From an uncultured virus (IMG/VR IMGVR_UViG_3300046314_000297) (Duplodnaviria; Heunggongvirae; Uroviricota; Caudoviricetes): a stretch of 64,000 bases of DNA. The stretch lies in IMG/VR virus record IMGVR_UViG_3300046314_000297, one strand, 5' to 3'. Shown here in pieces: positions 53,386-61,853 of this stretch. Position 1 is the stretch's first letter, and every line of letters starts with the position of its first letter. The notes beneath the pieces are model-generated. The model was not told the DNA's origin. It searched no databases and was given only the letters and a program-made list of their open reading frames with translations. A program made the translations under genes and the position numbers.

Positions 53386-54677
53386 TACGCGTAACGGATT
53401 ATGACGACCCCGGAACCACCAGCAGCACCAGAATACCCGCCACCACCACCAGACCCAGTGTTTGCACTTGCAGCTGTTCCAGCTACCTGTGGGGAATACT
53501 TGCCACCAGACCCACCGCCAGCAGTGCCAGATCCGCCAGTGCCGGTATTGTAGACACTACCACCACCACCACCAGCGTAGTAGTTATTAGATCCAGTACT
53601 AGTTGCCGAAGCCCATGATGTGTGTGTGGTCAGTCCGGCTCCACCGTCTCCACCGACCGAGGTCGTGCCGTTAACGCCGACAGCGCCAGCACCGCCACCG
53701 CCACCGCCGCCATATGCTCCACCGGTTTCGTTCGCTGCACCACCGGCATAGCCTTGCCCCGCTGTTCCAGCGCCAAAAAGGTCTCCAGAACCAGAGCCAC
53801 CGCCAGAACCACCAGAGGTACCAGCGATATTATTATTACCACCACCACCACCACCGCCAACTGCGATGAATGAGTTAAGAGATGAGTTGCCACCAGTCCC
53901 GCCAGCGGCACCGCCAGAAGCATAGTTTGCGCCTGCGCCGCCTGCGCCTACAACTACAGAATATGCTGCTGAAGCTGTCAAGGTTTGAGTGTTTGCAATA
54001 AAACCACCAGCTCCACCGCCACCAGCAATTTCAGAACCGCCACCGCCACCGCCAGCAATAATAAGGGTTTCGGCCGAAAGCGTAGTTGACGGTGTAAAGG
54101 TTCCTGAAGACTTGAAAACATGATAAGTGTATGCACCAGTCTGGTATATATCTCCCCCAGTTGCCTTAGCAGCCTTGCCGCCAAATGGCACTTTTGAGAT
54201 GCCGTAAAGAGTTGCGGTTGAATACTGCACGAAGTTGGCGTTTAAACTTAATGAGGTAATGGCTGATGTATTTGACCACAGCCCAGCGCCAATTAAGCCT
54301 AAGAATGCTGTGCCATTGTTTTCAGCAGTAACGTCCCAGGAAAGGACTTTACTATTACTGCCTGCGTAGGCTGTAATGTCAAGTTGCATATTACCGAACT
54401 TGCTGGCGGTTGAGCCATTTCCATTAGTCCATAGCTCAATTGCAGAATAACTTGTAGATACCGGGGTTGAGCCAGTTGTATACAAATACCTTTCAGTTTG
54501 GTTTGTAGATGCGCCATTAATCGAAAGAAGAACTGTTTGGTAAGCTCCAGCACCATCGCTAGTTCTGCCGCTAAGAACAAGCTTAAGGTCAGTATAGATT
54601 TGAGGAATCGAGTTAAACTGAATTGATGACGCACCACCAGCACCTACAGTAACTTCTGCAATCTTTGTCATGCTCAT
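53385..54677 (-). CDS. Trio subunit C plus glycine-rich domain
   Basis: IPQIYTDL; ATGG...YTYHVFKSSG...GGSGVVIIRYA. Confidence 0.8.
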   Translation of the reverse strand: MSMTKIAEVTVGAGGASSIQFNSIPQIYTDLKLVLSGRTSDGAGAYQTVLLSINGASTNQTERYLYTTGSTPVSTSYSAIELWTNGNGSTASKFGNMQLDITAYAGSNSKVLSWDVTAENNGTAFLGLIGAGLWSNTSAITSLSLNANFVQYSTATLYGISKVPFGGKAAKATGGDIYQTGAYTYHVFKSSGTFTPSTTLSAETLIIAGGGGGGSEIAGGGGAGGFIANTQTLTASAAYSVVVGAGGAGANYASGGAAGGTGGNSSLNSFIAVGGGGGGGNNNIAGTSGGSGGGSGSGDLFGAGTAGQGYAGGAANETGGAYGGGGGGGAGAVGVNGTTSVGGDGGAGLTTHTSWASATSTGSNNYYAGGGGGSVYNTGTGGSGTAGGGSGGKYSPQVAGTAASANTGSGGGGGYSGAAGGSGVVIIRYA

Positions 54678-55168
54678 GCTAGAACTCCATAAAGTGTAAA
54701 TGTTGAGCCTGGTAAGTAGTCTCCGCTAGTTCCCGAAATGTAAAATTGCAAACTAGTGATTGCTGCCGTCGAAGCCCACCTAGACGCATAGGCGCTTACT
54801 GGATTGTAGCTGCTGCCTGCTCTAACCAGAAAAGTTTTATGCTTGTCTGTTTGTGTGTAGTCAAATATCTGCATAGTAGAAGTAATTATCGTGCTTGTGG
54901 AAGTGCCAGGCGCTGCATAATATAGAGAGTTTGTAGTGGCAGTTCCAGACACAGCGGAGCTGCCACTACCGTCCATGTATACAAGCGATATGTTGCCAGA
55001 GTCGCCATTTGGGTACAGGTGAGACTGCTTATCATTCGTGCTGTTATGCATGACACTGATTACAAGAACGAGGTCCCTATAATTTTGTGGGATATTGGCA
55101 AAGGTCACGCCGGAGGCATTTGCACTTAGAGTAATATTTGCAATTGCTTGCATTGCTGGAGCGGCCAT
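54674..55168 (-). CDS. Trio subunit B
   Basis: IPQNYRDLVLV, DYTQTDKHKT, LYGVLA. Confidence 0.8.
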   Translation of the reverse strand: MAAPAMQAIANITLSANASGVTFANIPQNYRDLVLVISVMHNSTNDKQSHLYPNGDSGNISLVYMDGSGSSAVSGTATTNSLYYAAPGTSTSTIITSTMQIFDYTQTDKHKTFLVRAGSSYNPVSAYASRWASTAAITSLQFYISGTSGDYLPGSTFTLYGVLA

Positions 55169-55761
55169 TATTTAGCACCATATAGAGAGAAACGTGTACC
55201 AGAGGCTAAAGACGATCCGCCATACCCAGATAGAGTTATTGATGAGATTGCAGCAGTTGACGACCAGGAGCCAGAGCGCAAAACGATATAATTTGCGGAC
55301 TGAGCCATGCCAGTTAAGCTTTTAACGGTTTTATTCTTTACAGTTGAAAATGAGTCAAGAATGTCGATAATTGCAGCTCCAAAAGCGTAAGCAGCTCCTG
55401 TAGAACCTGGTGCTTCGCCGATAGTCATCGATGTCTGTGCACTAGTATTTCCAGAAGCTAAAGCAGAGCTCCCGTTGCCATATAGCAAATGAGTCCAATA
55501 AGTTGCTCCCGTGTCATTATTAAAATTGATAGAAATATTTGAATCTGCTACAGCCTGAGTAGTTCTAGCAATTGCACGGATTTGAAGATGCTTATACTGA
55601 CTGTACTCCTGCAAATTAGCAAATGTGACTGAGGTTTGTGGCGAGGCAATAACCTGTGAAGTAATCAGCTCGAAGTCGCTAACTTGACCGTTACCGGCAG
55701 CAGCATTAGAGTATTTAATCCAGTTGTTGATACTGGAGTTTGCAAGAGAGTAGATGCCCAT
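55168..55761 (-). CDS. Trio subunit A without glycine-rich domain
   Basis: FELITS...YKHLQIR...SLYGAK. Confidence 0.8.
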   Translation of the reverse strand: MGIYSLANSSINNWIKYSNAAAGNGQVSDFELITSQVIASPQTSVTFANLQEYSQYKHLQIRAIARTTQAVADSNISINFNNDTGATYWTHLLYGNGSSALASGNTSAQTSMTIGEAPGSTGAAYAFGAAIIDILDSFSTVKNKTVKSLTGMAQSANYIVLRSGSWSSTAAISSITLSGYGGSSLASGTRFSLYGAK

Positions 55762-55772
55762 GGCTACTCCTA

Positions 55773-56105
55773 CTAAGCGATTTCAGAACCGAAGATGTTG
55801 ATGCTAAAGTTCGAGCTTGAAGTGTAGACGGTCACGATATCAGTTGCTGCAAGTGTAATACCCAGAGTCAGAGTGGTCGAGTCAGAAGCTGCAACTGGAA
55901 CATCATACGCAAGGTACTGAGCATTAGTCAAGGTAGCACCTGCTACGCGCACGGCAAGACGAAAAGACCCCACTCCTGTGGCACGATTAGCAATCACGAT
56001 GGTGGAAATGACTGCGGATTTTCCAGCACCGACAGTGTAGATGTCAGTAGCTGTAGTCGCTCCAGGAGCAGACTGTGCTAGAACTTTATATGTTGCGGTC
56101 GCCAT
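55773..56105 (-). CDS. Small adaptor-like protein (MATATYKVLAQ type)
   Basis: Aligns end to end with 45492..45821. Confidence 0.75.
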   Translation of the reverse strand: MATATYKVLAQSAPGATTATDIYTVGAGKSAVISTIVIANRATGVGSFRLAVRVAGATLTNAQYLAYDVPVAASDSTTLTLGITLAATDIVTVYTSSSNFSINIFGSEIA

Positions 56106-56108
56106 GCT

Positions 56109-56513
56109 TTATGCACCCATCAGTAGGAATGAACTAATTACTTCGCCACCACTTGCAGCGGCACCATTTACCCAATTTGTACCGTCGTAGGTTAGGGTCT
56201 GACCTGTAGCTGCAGATGTGATGACTACGTCTGTCAAAGAGTCTAGGTTAGTAGTGGCTACGCCGTTTACCCAGGCAGTTCCGTTGTACTTGATAACATC
56301 GCCAGTAGTTGCGCTAGTTACCGTAACGTCAGTTAGGTCATCAATTGTTTGACCTGGTTTGAAATATGCAAGTGAAGTCCACGTAGTTACACCATTTCCA
56401 AGCTTTAGCTTGTTGGTATCGCTCTCGACTACTAGCTCTCCAGACGCAATCACTGGGTTAGCAGCAGTCCACTCAGCCGCGGTTCCGCGTCTTAGTTGAA
56501 TTTGTACTGCCAT
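56109..56513 (-). CDS. Mtd_N-like domain, two LTDV repeats, FLLMGA tail
   Basis: IQLRRGTAAEWTAANPVIASGE; LTDV...G..(I/L).Y.GT.WVNG twice. Confidence 0.8.
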   Translation of the reverse strand: MAVQIQLRRGTAAEWTAANPVIASGELVVESDTNKLKLGNGVTTWTSLAYFKPGQTIDDLTDVTVTSATTGDVIKYNGTAWVNGVATTNLDSLTDVVITSAATGQTLTYDGTNWVNGAAASGGEVISSFLLMGA

Positions 56514-57130
56514 TAGAAGCTACCTACATTTCCGCCGTCAAGTGGTGAGATACCGCCATAAATACTTGATGGGGTTCCTCCATCTATGTTACCATACGGT
56601 GCACCTGCCAAACCAGTAGGCCCTGTTATAGAGGCCCCTGCTGCACCAGTTGCACCTTGTACCCCCGTTGCGCCTGTTAGACCTGCCGTACCGGCTGGAC
56701 CTGTAGGACCTGTTGCACCATTTACGCCAATAGTTCCATTAGTTCCAGCTGGGCCAGTTGGTCCAGTAACACCTTGAATACCCTGAGTGCCTGTTGGACC
56801 TGTAACAGATGGTCCAGTTGGGCCAACACCACCCTGAGGCCCTGTTGGGCCTGCATCGTTTTTTACTGGCTCGATCCAATATGAATCGTAATAGATGTAG
56901 GTTGCACCCTCGGTTGAGTTAAACCAAACATCGCCAGCGGTTGGGTTTGTAGGAGGTGTATCTGAGATTGTGTATGAGCCACCGCCACCTTGTAGGGGTT
57001 CCCAGACTGTACCGTTATAGACGTATACAGTTGACTCGTCTGTTCTAAAAAAGAGATCGCCAGTTCGACCTACCGACGGGTTAGTTACTCCGGTCGGTAG
57101 GCCTACTGGTGTTAAAAACTTTTTTGACAA
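56513..57130 (-). CDS. Short collagen-like protein with [10 protein letters not shown] tail
   Basis: GAGGA RBS, TTG start; GDVWFN module; GPT repeats. Confidence 0.8.
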   Translation of the reverse strand: MSKKFLTPVGLPTGVTNPSVGRTGDLFFRTDESTVYVYNGTVWEPLQGGGGSYTISDTPPTNPTAGDVWFNSTEGATYIYYDSYWIEPVKNDAGPTGPQGGVGPTGPSVTGPTGTQGIQGVTGPTGPAGTNGTIGVNGATGPTGPAGTAGLTGATGVQGATGAAGASITGPTGLAGAPYGNIDGGTPSSIYGGISPLDGGNVGSF

Positions 57131-57160
57131 AGTAGTCCTCAGTTAGGTATTACTTCTATA

Positions 57161-59179
57161 TTAGCCAATGATTACAACTTGGTAGCTGTTTGCAGCTACT
57201 GTTGTTGCTGCGACCCAGGAGAGGGTTACAGTGCTAGTGTTGGTACGCTCGATGTCAACCTCGACCTCTTCAAATCCAGCTAGGTCATAAACTTGAACTA
57301 GAACGGTACGAATACCTAGGTTGTGAGATACGGTCCAAGTGACAACATCGCTTGAAGGAACTAGCTCGGCGTTTGTCTCGGTGAACTTAGTAGTTGCACC
57401 AAGGTTTGCGCGAGCGCCAGCAGCAGTTGAAGCACCGGTACCACCATCTGCTACAGCAATGTCAGTGCCATTCCAAACACCAGTAGTGACTGTTCCAAGG
57501 GTGGTAATCGAAGTCTGACCAACATAGTTTTCGCTAATGTCAACACTGTCAGCATTTACGTGAATTCGGTCAGTGGTGCCGATTACGTCAAGCTGATTTC
57601 CAGTTTTGGTAATGCCAGCGCCTGCAACAATCTGGGCTGCACCAGAGAACTGAACCCAGTCCTGGTCAGCAAAGCTGGTTAGGTAAGTATTGCCCTGAGT
57701 CCAAGCTGACTGCCCGTAGGTAGTTCCTTCTTGGACGAATACAGTTGCACCCTTTAGTTCGGTGTATACGTCTGAATCTGTAGGACGTGTAAGGGTATAT
57801 GCGGTTCCGTTGTCCGCGTAAACATAGATACCGTTTTCGGTGTCTGTTGTCTGAGCGGTCAGCAAGATGCGGTAGCCAACATGCGTAGAGTCTAGAGATG
57901 CGTGACTATCGATTACTAAAGTGTCAGTATCGCCAGTCAAAGCAACGTTAGAAGTTGCAAGCAAGTGTACTGCTGGCTTCCAAGTTAGACCTGCAACAGC
58001 ATTATCAACGTATGCCTTGTTAGCTGCATCACTTGGGTCAGTCGGAGTTCCGAGGTTAGTGACCTTGTATCCGTCAGCGTCGAGGTCAGCACCAAGTGAG
58101 CTGGTAGCTCCAAGGACCTTGTTGGTTAGAGTCTGAACCTCGGTGGTACCAACGATCTCGCCCACACCGTGAGTAGAGGTGTCCGAGGCGTGGTCCGAAA
58201 GAATGCCGTCAGCATAGCCCTTAGTTGCAGCGTCTGAGTCAACCGCTGGAAGGCCTAGGTCTGTAATGGTGTTGCCATTAGCATCTACATCAGCACTAAG
58301 AACTGTGCCAGTGCCTAGAGTCTTGTTGGTTAGAGTCTGAGCGTCAGTGTCTCCAACAACGTTTCCAGTAACGCCATGAGCAGAGGTGTCACTAATGTGA
58401 GTTGACAGGTCTCCTGCAACAGTAGATACGTCGCTAGCTACAGAGGCAATTCGGTCAGTAATGGTATTACCAGTCGAACCGTTTACAGTGTTGTCACCAA
58501 TATAGGAGTCAAGTCTGCCCTGAGTGATAATCTCGTTGCTGGTGGTGACCGAGCCCTTGTACACATTTCCATCAGCATTTAAAACAATGTCGCCATTGGC
58601 TGAAGTAATGTTTACGTCTTGATTGGCAGAGATATTGATGTCATTGCCGGCTGTAGACGTAATGTTAAGGGCAGAGTCCTCGAAAATGTTACCGGCAGTC
58701 TGAACTACAATCTCATTCGCTGTGATCTGTCCAGCTGCAAAGTTTCCGCTACTGTCGCGCTTTACAACCGTGTCTGGAGTGTTAGTAGAGGTAGCAGAGC
58801 CACCAACAGCAGCAATTGCACGCTCATTGGTAAAGTACATAGTGCCCGAGCTAGTCGTGGCATTAGGGTCTTCGGCTAGATCTGCAGTAGTTGAGTCAGC
58901 AACGCCGTTCTCAGCAACGAAGCTGTAGGTTCCAGTGTTGGTGTCAAATGAAACAGTGATGTTTGTTTGAGTGCCGGTGGTTAGCGCAGTCTGTAGCTCG
59001 GCTGCAGTGGTATACGTGATCCACGCGGAACCATCGTACTGGCGTAGGTGGCCCAGTGCGGTGTCAAAGTAGATCTGACCAGTTCTTGGACTAGCCGGAG
59101 CATTGGCTAGGTTCTGGATGCGTGCATTTAGAAGCTCATTCTTATTAAGATTGAGCGACGTTAAGTAATTACGTGCCAT
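57161..59179 (-). CDS. Fibre-like virion structural protein
   Basis: DAA(T/N)K.Y(A/V)D repeats, QTLTNK repeats, GGTGASTAAGARANLG, C-terminal WTVSHNLG. Confidence 0.75.
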   Translation of the reverse strand: MARNYLTSLNLNKNELLNARIQNLANAPASPRTGQIYFDTALGHLRQYDGSAWITYTTAAELQTALTTGTQTNITVSFDTNTGTYSFVAENGVADSTTADLAEDPNATTSSGTMYFTNERAIAAVGGSATSTNTPDTVVKRDSSGNFAAGQITANEIVVQTAGNIFEDSALNITSTAGNDINISANQDVNITSANGDIVLNADGNVYKGSVTTSNEIITQGRLDSYIGDNTVNGSTGNTITDRIASVASDVSTVAGDLSTHISDTSAHGVTGNVVGDTDAQTLTNKTLGTGTVLSADVDANGNTITDLGLPAVDSDAATKGYADGILSDHASDTSTHGVGEIVGTTEVQTLTNKVLGATSSLGADLDADGYKVTNLGTPTDPSDAANKAYVDNAVAGLTWKPAVHLLATSNVALTGDTDTLVIDSHASLDSTHVGYRILLTAQTTDTENGIYVYADNGTAYTLTRPTDSDVYTELKGATVFVQEGTTYGQSAWTQGNTYLTSFADQDWVQFSGAAQIVAGAGITKTGNQLDVIGTTDRIHVNADSVDISENYVGQTSITTLGTVTTGVWNGTDIAVADGGTGASTAAGARANLGATTKFTETNAELVPSSDVVTWTVSHNLGIRTVLVQVYDLAGFEEVEVDIERTNTSTVTLSWVAATTVAANSYQVVIIG

Positions 59180-59189
59180 TTAGGGTTCC

Positions 59190-59498
59190 TTATGAGAGAT
59201 GAGCTTTTCCAGAAATTGGAGCTGAAAAAGTTATTGTTAGGGATTTATTGTTGATGTGGTTTACATCCCCTTCGCACTGCGTTTCGCCACTGTCATAAAC
59301 AGTAACTGCAGGGAAGAAGTCTAGGTTGTGTACAACTGTCCAGGTCTGAAGTGCAGATATTTGGCGGTGAACGTAGGCAACCAGAGTAGGAATACTTTCG
59401 GCACCAAGACCCGCGGGGCCTTGAGGGCCAGGAGCTGAGACTGTTACAGTCTGCGCATACTTTCCAGTTACAACTTTGTTAGGTGCATCACTAGCCAT
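59190..59498 (-). CDS. Small virion protein with W.V.HNL domain
   Basis: GPQGPAG; WTVVHNLDFFPAVTVYD resembles the C-terminus of 57161..59179. Confidence 0.7.
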   Translation of the reverse strand: MASDAPNKVVTGKYAQTVTVSAPGPQGPAGLGAESIPTLVAYVHRQISALQTWTVVHNLDFFPAVTVYDSGETQCEGDVNHINNKSLTITFSAPISGKAHLS

Positions 59499-59857
59499 TA
59501 TCTAGTCACCTGTGCTTTCACGGCAAAGTTTCCCTGTACCAATCGGTATACATACTCACTGGAGCTAATAAGTTCTAGGTCATATACATATTTATCTGCT
59601 GGAATGACGGCAGTCTCTTGGCTAGTAGCCTTGATAGTTATGCTGCCATCTGTTGCGCCAAGCTCAATATGCCCATTATCAGTGGTGAACTCAGCAACTA
59701 CAGTCTCGCTAGATACTGAAGTTCGGATCTGGAGACGAGCCGAGTAGCCACCCAATTTAATTGGTTTGTTAGCCGGATCTTTCCAAAGAATGATTCGCTC
59801 TAAAGCTGAACCCTGAGTAGCTACGATATTATATAGACCTGCTATATAATGGGTCAT
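59498..59857 (-). CDS. Small beta-sandwich virion protein (BppU_N-like); paralogue of 29701..30063
   Basis: YNIVATQGS...ARLQIR...YVYDLEL...LVQGNF.V..QVTR. Confidence 0.7.
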   Translation of the reverse strand: MTHYIAGLYNIVATQGSALERIILWKDPANKPIKLGGYSARLQIRTSVSSETVVAEFTTDNGHIELGATDGSITIKATSQETAVIPADKYVYDLELISSSEYVYRLVQGNFAVKAQVTR

Positions 59858-59892
59858 AAGCGCCTCGTTCTAGGGAAGATGTAGTCCCTTTT

Positions 59893-59921
59893 ATTTTACA
59901 ACATTTAGAGTTTGGTAAGAT
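59893..59921. promoter_or_regulatory. Divergent promoters: TTGTAAAAT (minus, 59893-59901) and TGGTAAGAT (plus, 59913-59921)
   Basis: Plus element is 5 nt upstream of in-frame GTG 59927. Confidence 0.55.
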
Positions 59922-59926
59922 TGACT

Positions 59927-60868
59927 GTGGTAAACTACCCCCTTTTCTCTGAGCTCGGCGGAAGTACGCGTCAAATAAGACGCTTGCCGGACCCTGATGA
60001 CAAGAACTGGTCTGCCTTTAATCCGTCTATTGCGTGGTCTCCTAAGGGGTACGCAATGGCCATACGCTCCAGTAACTACGTAATCATGCCACCTACGGAC
60101 GAGATTTACGTTGTAACTACTGGCCCTATCCGCAACCGAGTCTGGTTCTGTGAACTAGATAGTGACTTCTCTATAAATAAAAGTACTTTGCGTCAAATTG
60201 ACTTTAACTCTGGAGAGTACAACATAGTTTTTAAGCGTGGGGTGGAGGATGCAAAACTGTTCTGGCGCGGTGCTTGGTGGTTTACTGGAGTCATTCTTGA
60301 GCGTGAAGTCCCTACTGCTCGCATTGGACTCTTTGAGATTGTAGAGAACACTGCAATTCTCAGGGAATTTTTAGACTACAGCTGGATGAATCCAAAACGG
60401 GTTGAGAAAAACTGGATGGCTTCTTATGAAAAGAATCCGCATTTTGACTATGTATATAGTCCGACATCTGTAGTACATCGCGGTGAGCTAAAAGAAGTAC
60501 GTGAAATGACAGACGCTCTTATTGGTATTAGAGGTACTAGCCACTTGTGGGGGTTAGGAAATGGCAGCTATCTAGCAATTGTGCATAAGATGTACCCTAA
60601 GCCAATCGAGGTATGGGATCCACGGACCTTCTCGTACCGCAAGAGCGACATAAAAAACTACACGCACCTATTTGCTAGGTATAGCGCTGAAGGCGTCCTC
60701 ACGGGGCTTAGCCAGGAGTTTCAGTTTGACTCTAGCGGGATTGAGTTTGCTGCTGGGGTTGTGGTAGATGGCGGAGATGTCCATATCTCGTACGGTAGTA
60801 AAGATGTATCAAGTCATATCGCGACCATTAAACTTAAAGCAGTGATGAAACTGATCGAGGAGGTGTGA
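59927..60868 (+). CDS. Putative five-bladed beta-propeller glyco-enzyme (GH130/GH43-like fold)
   Basis: FNPSI, GVEDAKLF, EKNWM, IRG, IEFAAG, ISYG..D motif series; start moved to GTG 59927. Confidence 0.6.
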   Translation: MVNYPLFSELGGSTRQIRRLPDPDDKNWSAFNPSIAWSPKGYAMAIRSSNYVIMPPTDEIYVVTTGPIRNRVWFCELDSDFSINKSTLRQIDFNSGEYNIVFKRGVEDAKLFWRGAWWFTGVILEREVPTARIGLFEIVENTAILREFLDYSWMNPKRVEKNWMASYEKNPHFDYVYSPTSVVHRGELKEVREMTDALIGIRGTSHLWGLGNGSYLAIVHKMYPKPIEVWDPRTFSYRKSDIKNYTHLFARYSAEGVLTGLSQEFQFDSSGIEFAAGVVVDGGDVHISYGSKDVSSHIATIKLKAVMKLIEEV

Positions 60869-61086
60869 TGAGTACCGACCTACTTGAAAAAGTCAAAAGA
60901 GACGAGACTACTGGTGAAGAGAAGTTTGCTCACTATGCCGAAGCAGCTTCAGTTACTGAGGGCTACGTCATGGGTACCCCTGTTTTGGCAATATGTGGTA
61001 AGGTTTTTGTCCCATCTAGGGATCCAGAGAAGCTTAGAATCTGCCCGATTTGCAAAGAAATTGCGGATGCACTATTCTTAAATTGA
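60868..61086 (+). CDS. DUF3039-like actinobacterial metal-binding protein
   Basis: FAHYA...EGYVMGTPVLAICGKVFVPSRDP...ICPICKEI. Confidence 0.8.
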   Translation: MSTDLLEKVKRDETTGEEKFAHYAEAASVTEGYVMGTPVLAICGKVFVPSRDPEKLRICPICKEIADALFLN

Positions 61087-61102
61087 GCTTCTAAATTTGC
61101 CT

Positions 61103-61184
61103 TATACTAGAACTCCGCCTCCCAGGTTTATCTGAAAAATCTGGGAGATTTTTAACCTCTAAATCACCCTGAAAGGGTCTCCCA
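61103..61184 (+). promoter_or_regulatory. nrdH leader: -10 TATACT plus alternative hairpins
   Basis: 61119-29 pairs with 61137-47; alternatively 61142-53 pairs with 61173-84 over the SD. Confidence 0.45.
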
Positions 61185-61412
61185 ATGCCGATTACTGTTT
61201 ATACTCTGCCTTCCTGTGTCCAGTGCGACAGCACCAAGCGAGTATTGACTAAGAACGGTATCGAGTTCAATACTGTAGATCTTTCTACTGATGAGACTGC
61301 CATGGAAATGATTAAGACCCTGGGCTACCAGGCAGCTCCAGTTGTAATTGCTGGCGACGACCACTGGTCAGGCTTCCGCCCTGACAAGCTAAGCGCCCTA
61401 ACTGCAGCTTAG
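61185..61412 (+). CDS. nrdH: Glutaredoxin-like NrdH
   Basis: ITVYTLPSCVQC; QAAPVV; HWSGFRPD. Confidence 0.95.
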   Translation: MPITVYTLPSCVQCDSTKRVLTKNGIEFNTVDLSTDETAMEMIKTLGYQAAPVVIAGDDHWSGFRPDKLSALTAA

Positions 61413-61427
61413 TTAACGGCGATTGTC

Positions 61428-61853
61428 ATGTATGACATCGTCTATTTCTCGAGCGTCTCGGAAAATACAAAGCGATTTGTAGAAAAGCTACCCCCTGAGA
61501 TAAGCTTGGCACGAATCCCGCTCAAGTGGGCTGAGGAAGCTCCACTACTCGTCAATCGAGAATATGTTTTAGTACTCCCTACCTATGGTGGCGGAGAGTA
61601 TGAAAAAGCCGTTCCTAGGCAAGTAGTTAAGTTTTTAAATATACAAAGTAACAGAGACCTTATCCGTGGCGTTATTGGCACAGGGAACACCAACTTTGGT
61701 GAACACTACTGTCTAGCCGCGGATGTCGTTGTAGCGAAAACGGGAGTTCCGTTGCTACATCGAGTAGAAATTCTTGGAACACCCGACGACGTAATAAAAG
61801 TAAGCGAGAGGCTGGAGCAGCTATGGAAAACAAATACAGTTACCACGAACTAA
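61428..61853 (+). CDS. nrdI: Flavodoxin-like NrdI
   Basis: [26 protein letters not shown]. Confidence 0.95.
   Translation: MYDIVYFSSVSENTKRFVEKLPPEISLARIPLKWAEEAPLLVNREYVLVLPTYGGGEYEKAVPRQVVKFLNIQSNRDLIRGVIGTGNTNFGEHYCLAADVVVAKTGVPLLHRVEILGTPDDVIKVSERLEQLWKTNTVTTN

Noticed and set aside
33378..56513. Diversity-generating retroelement suggested by two Mtd_N genes
   Set aside because: No reverse transcriptase and no template/variable repeat pair differing at adenines seen in the window; Mtd_N alone is not diagnostic
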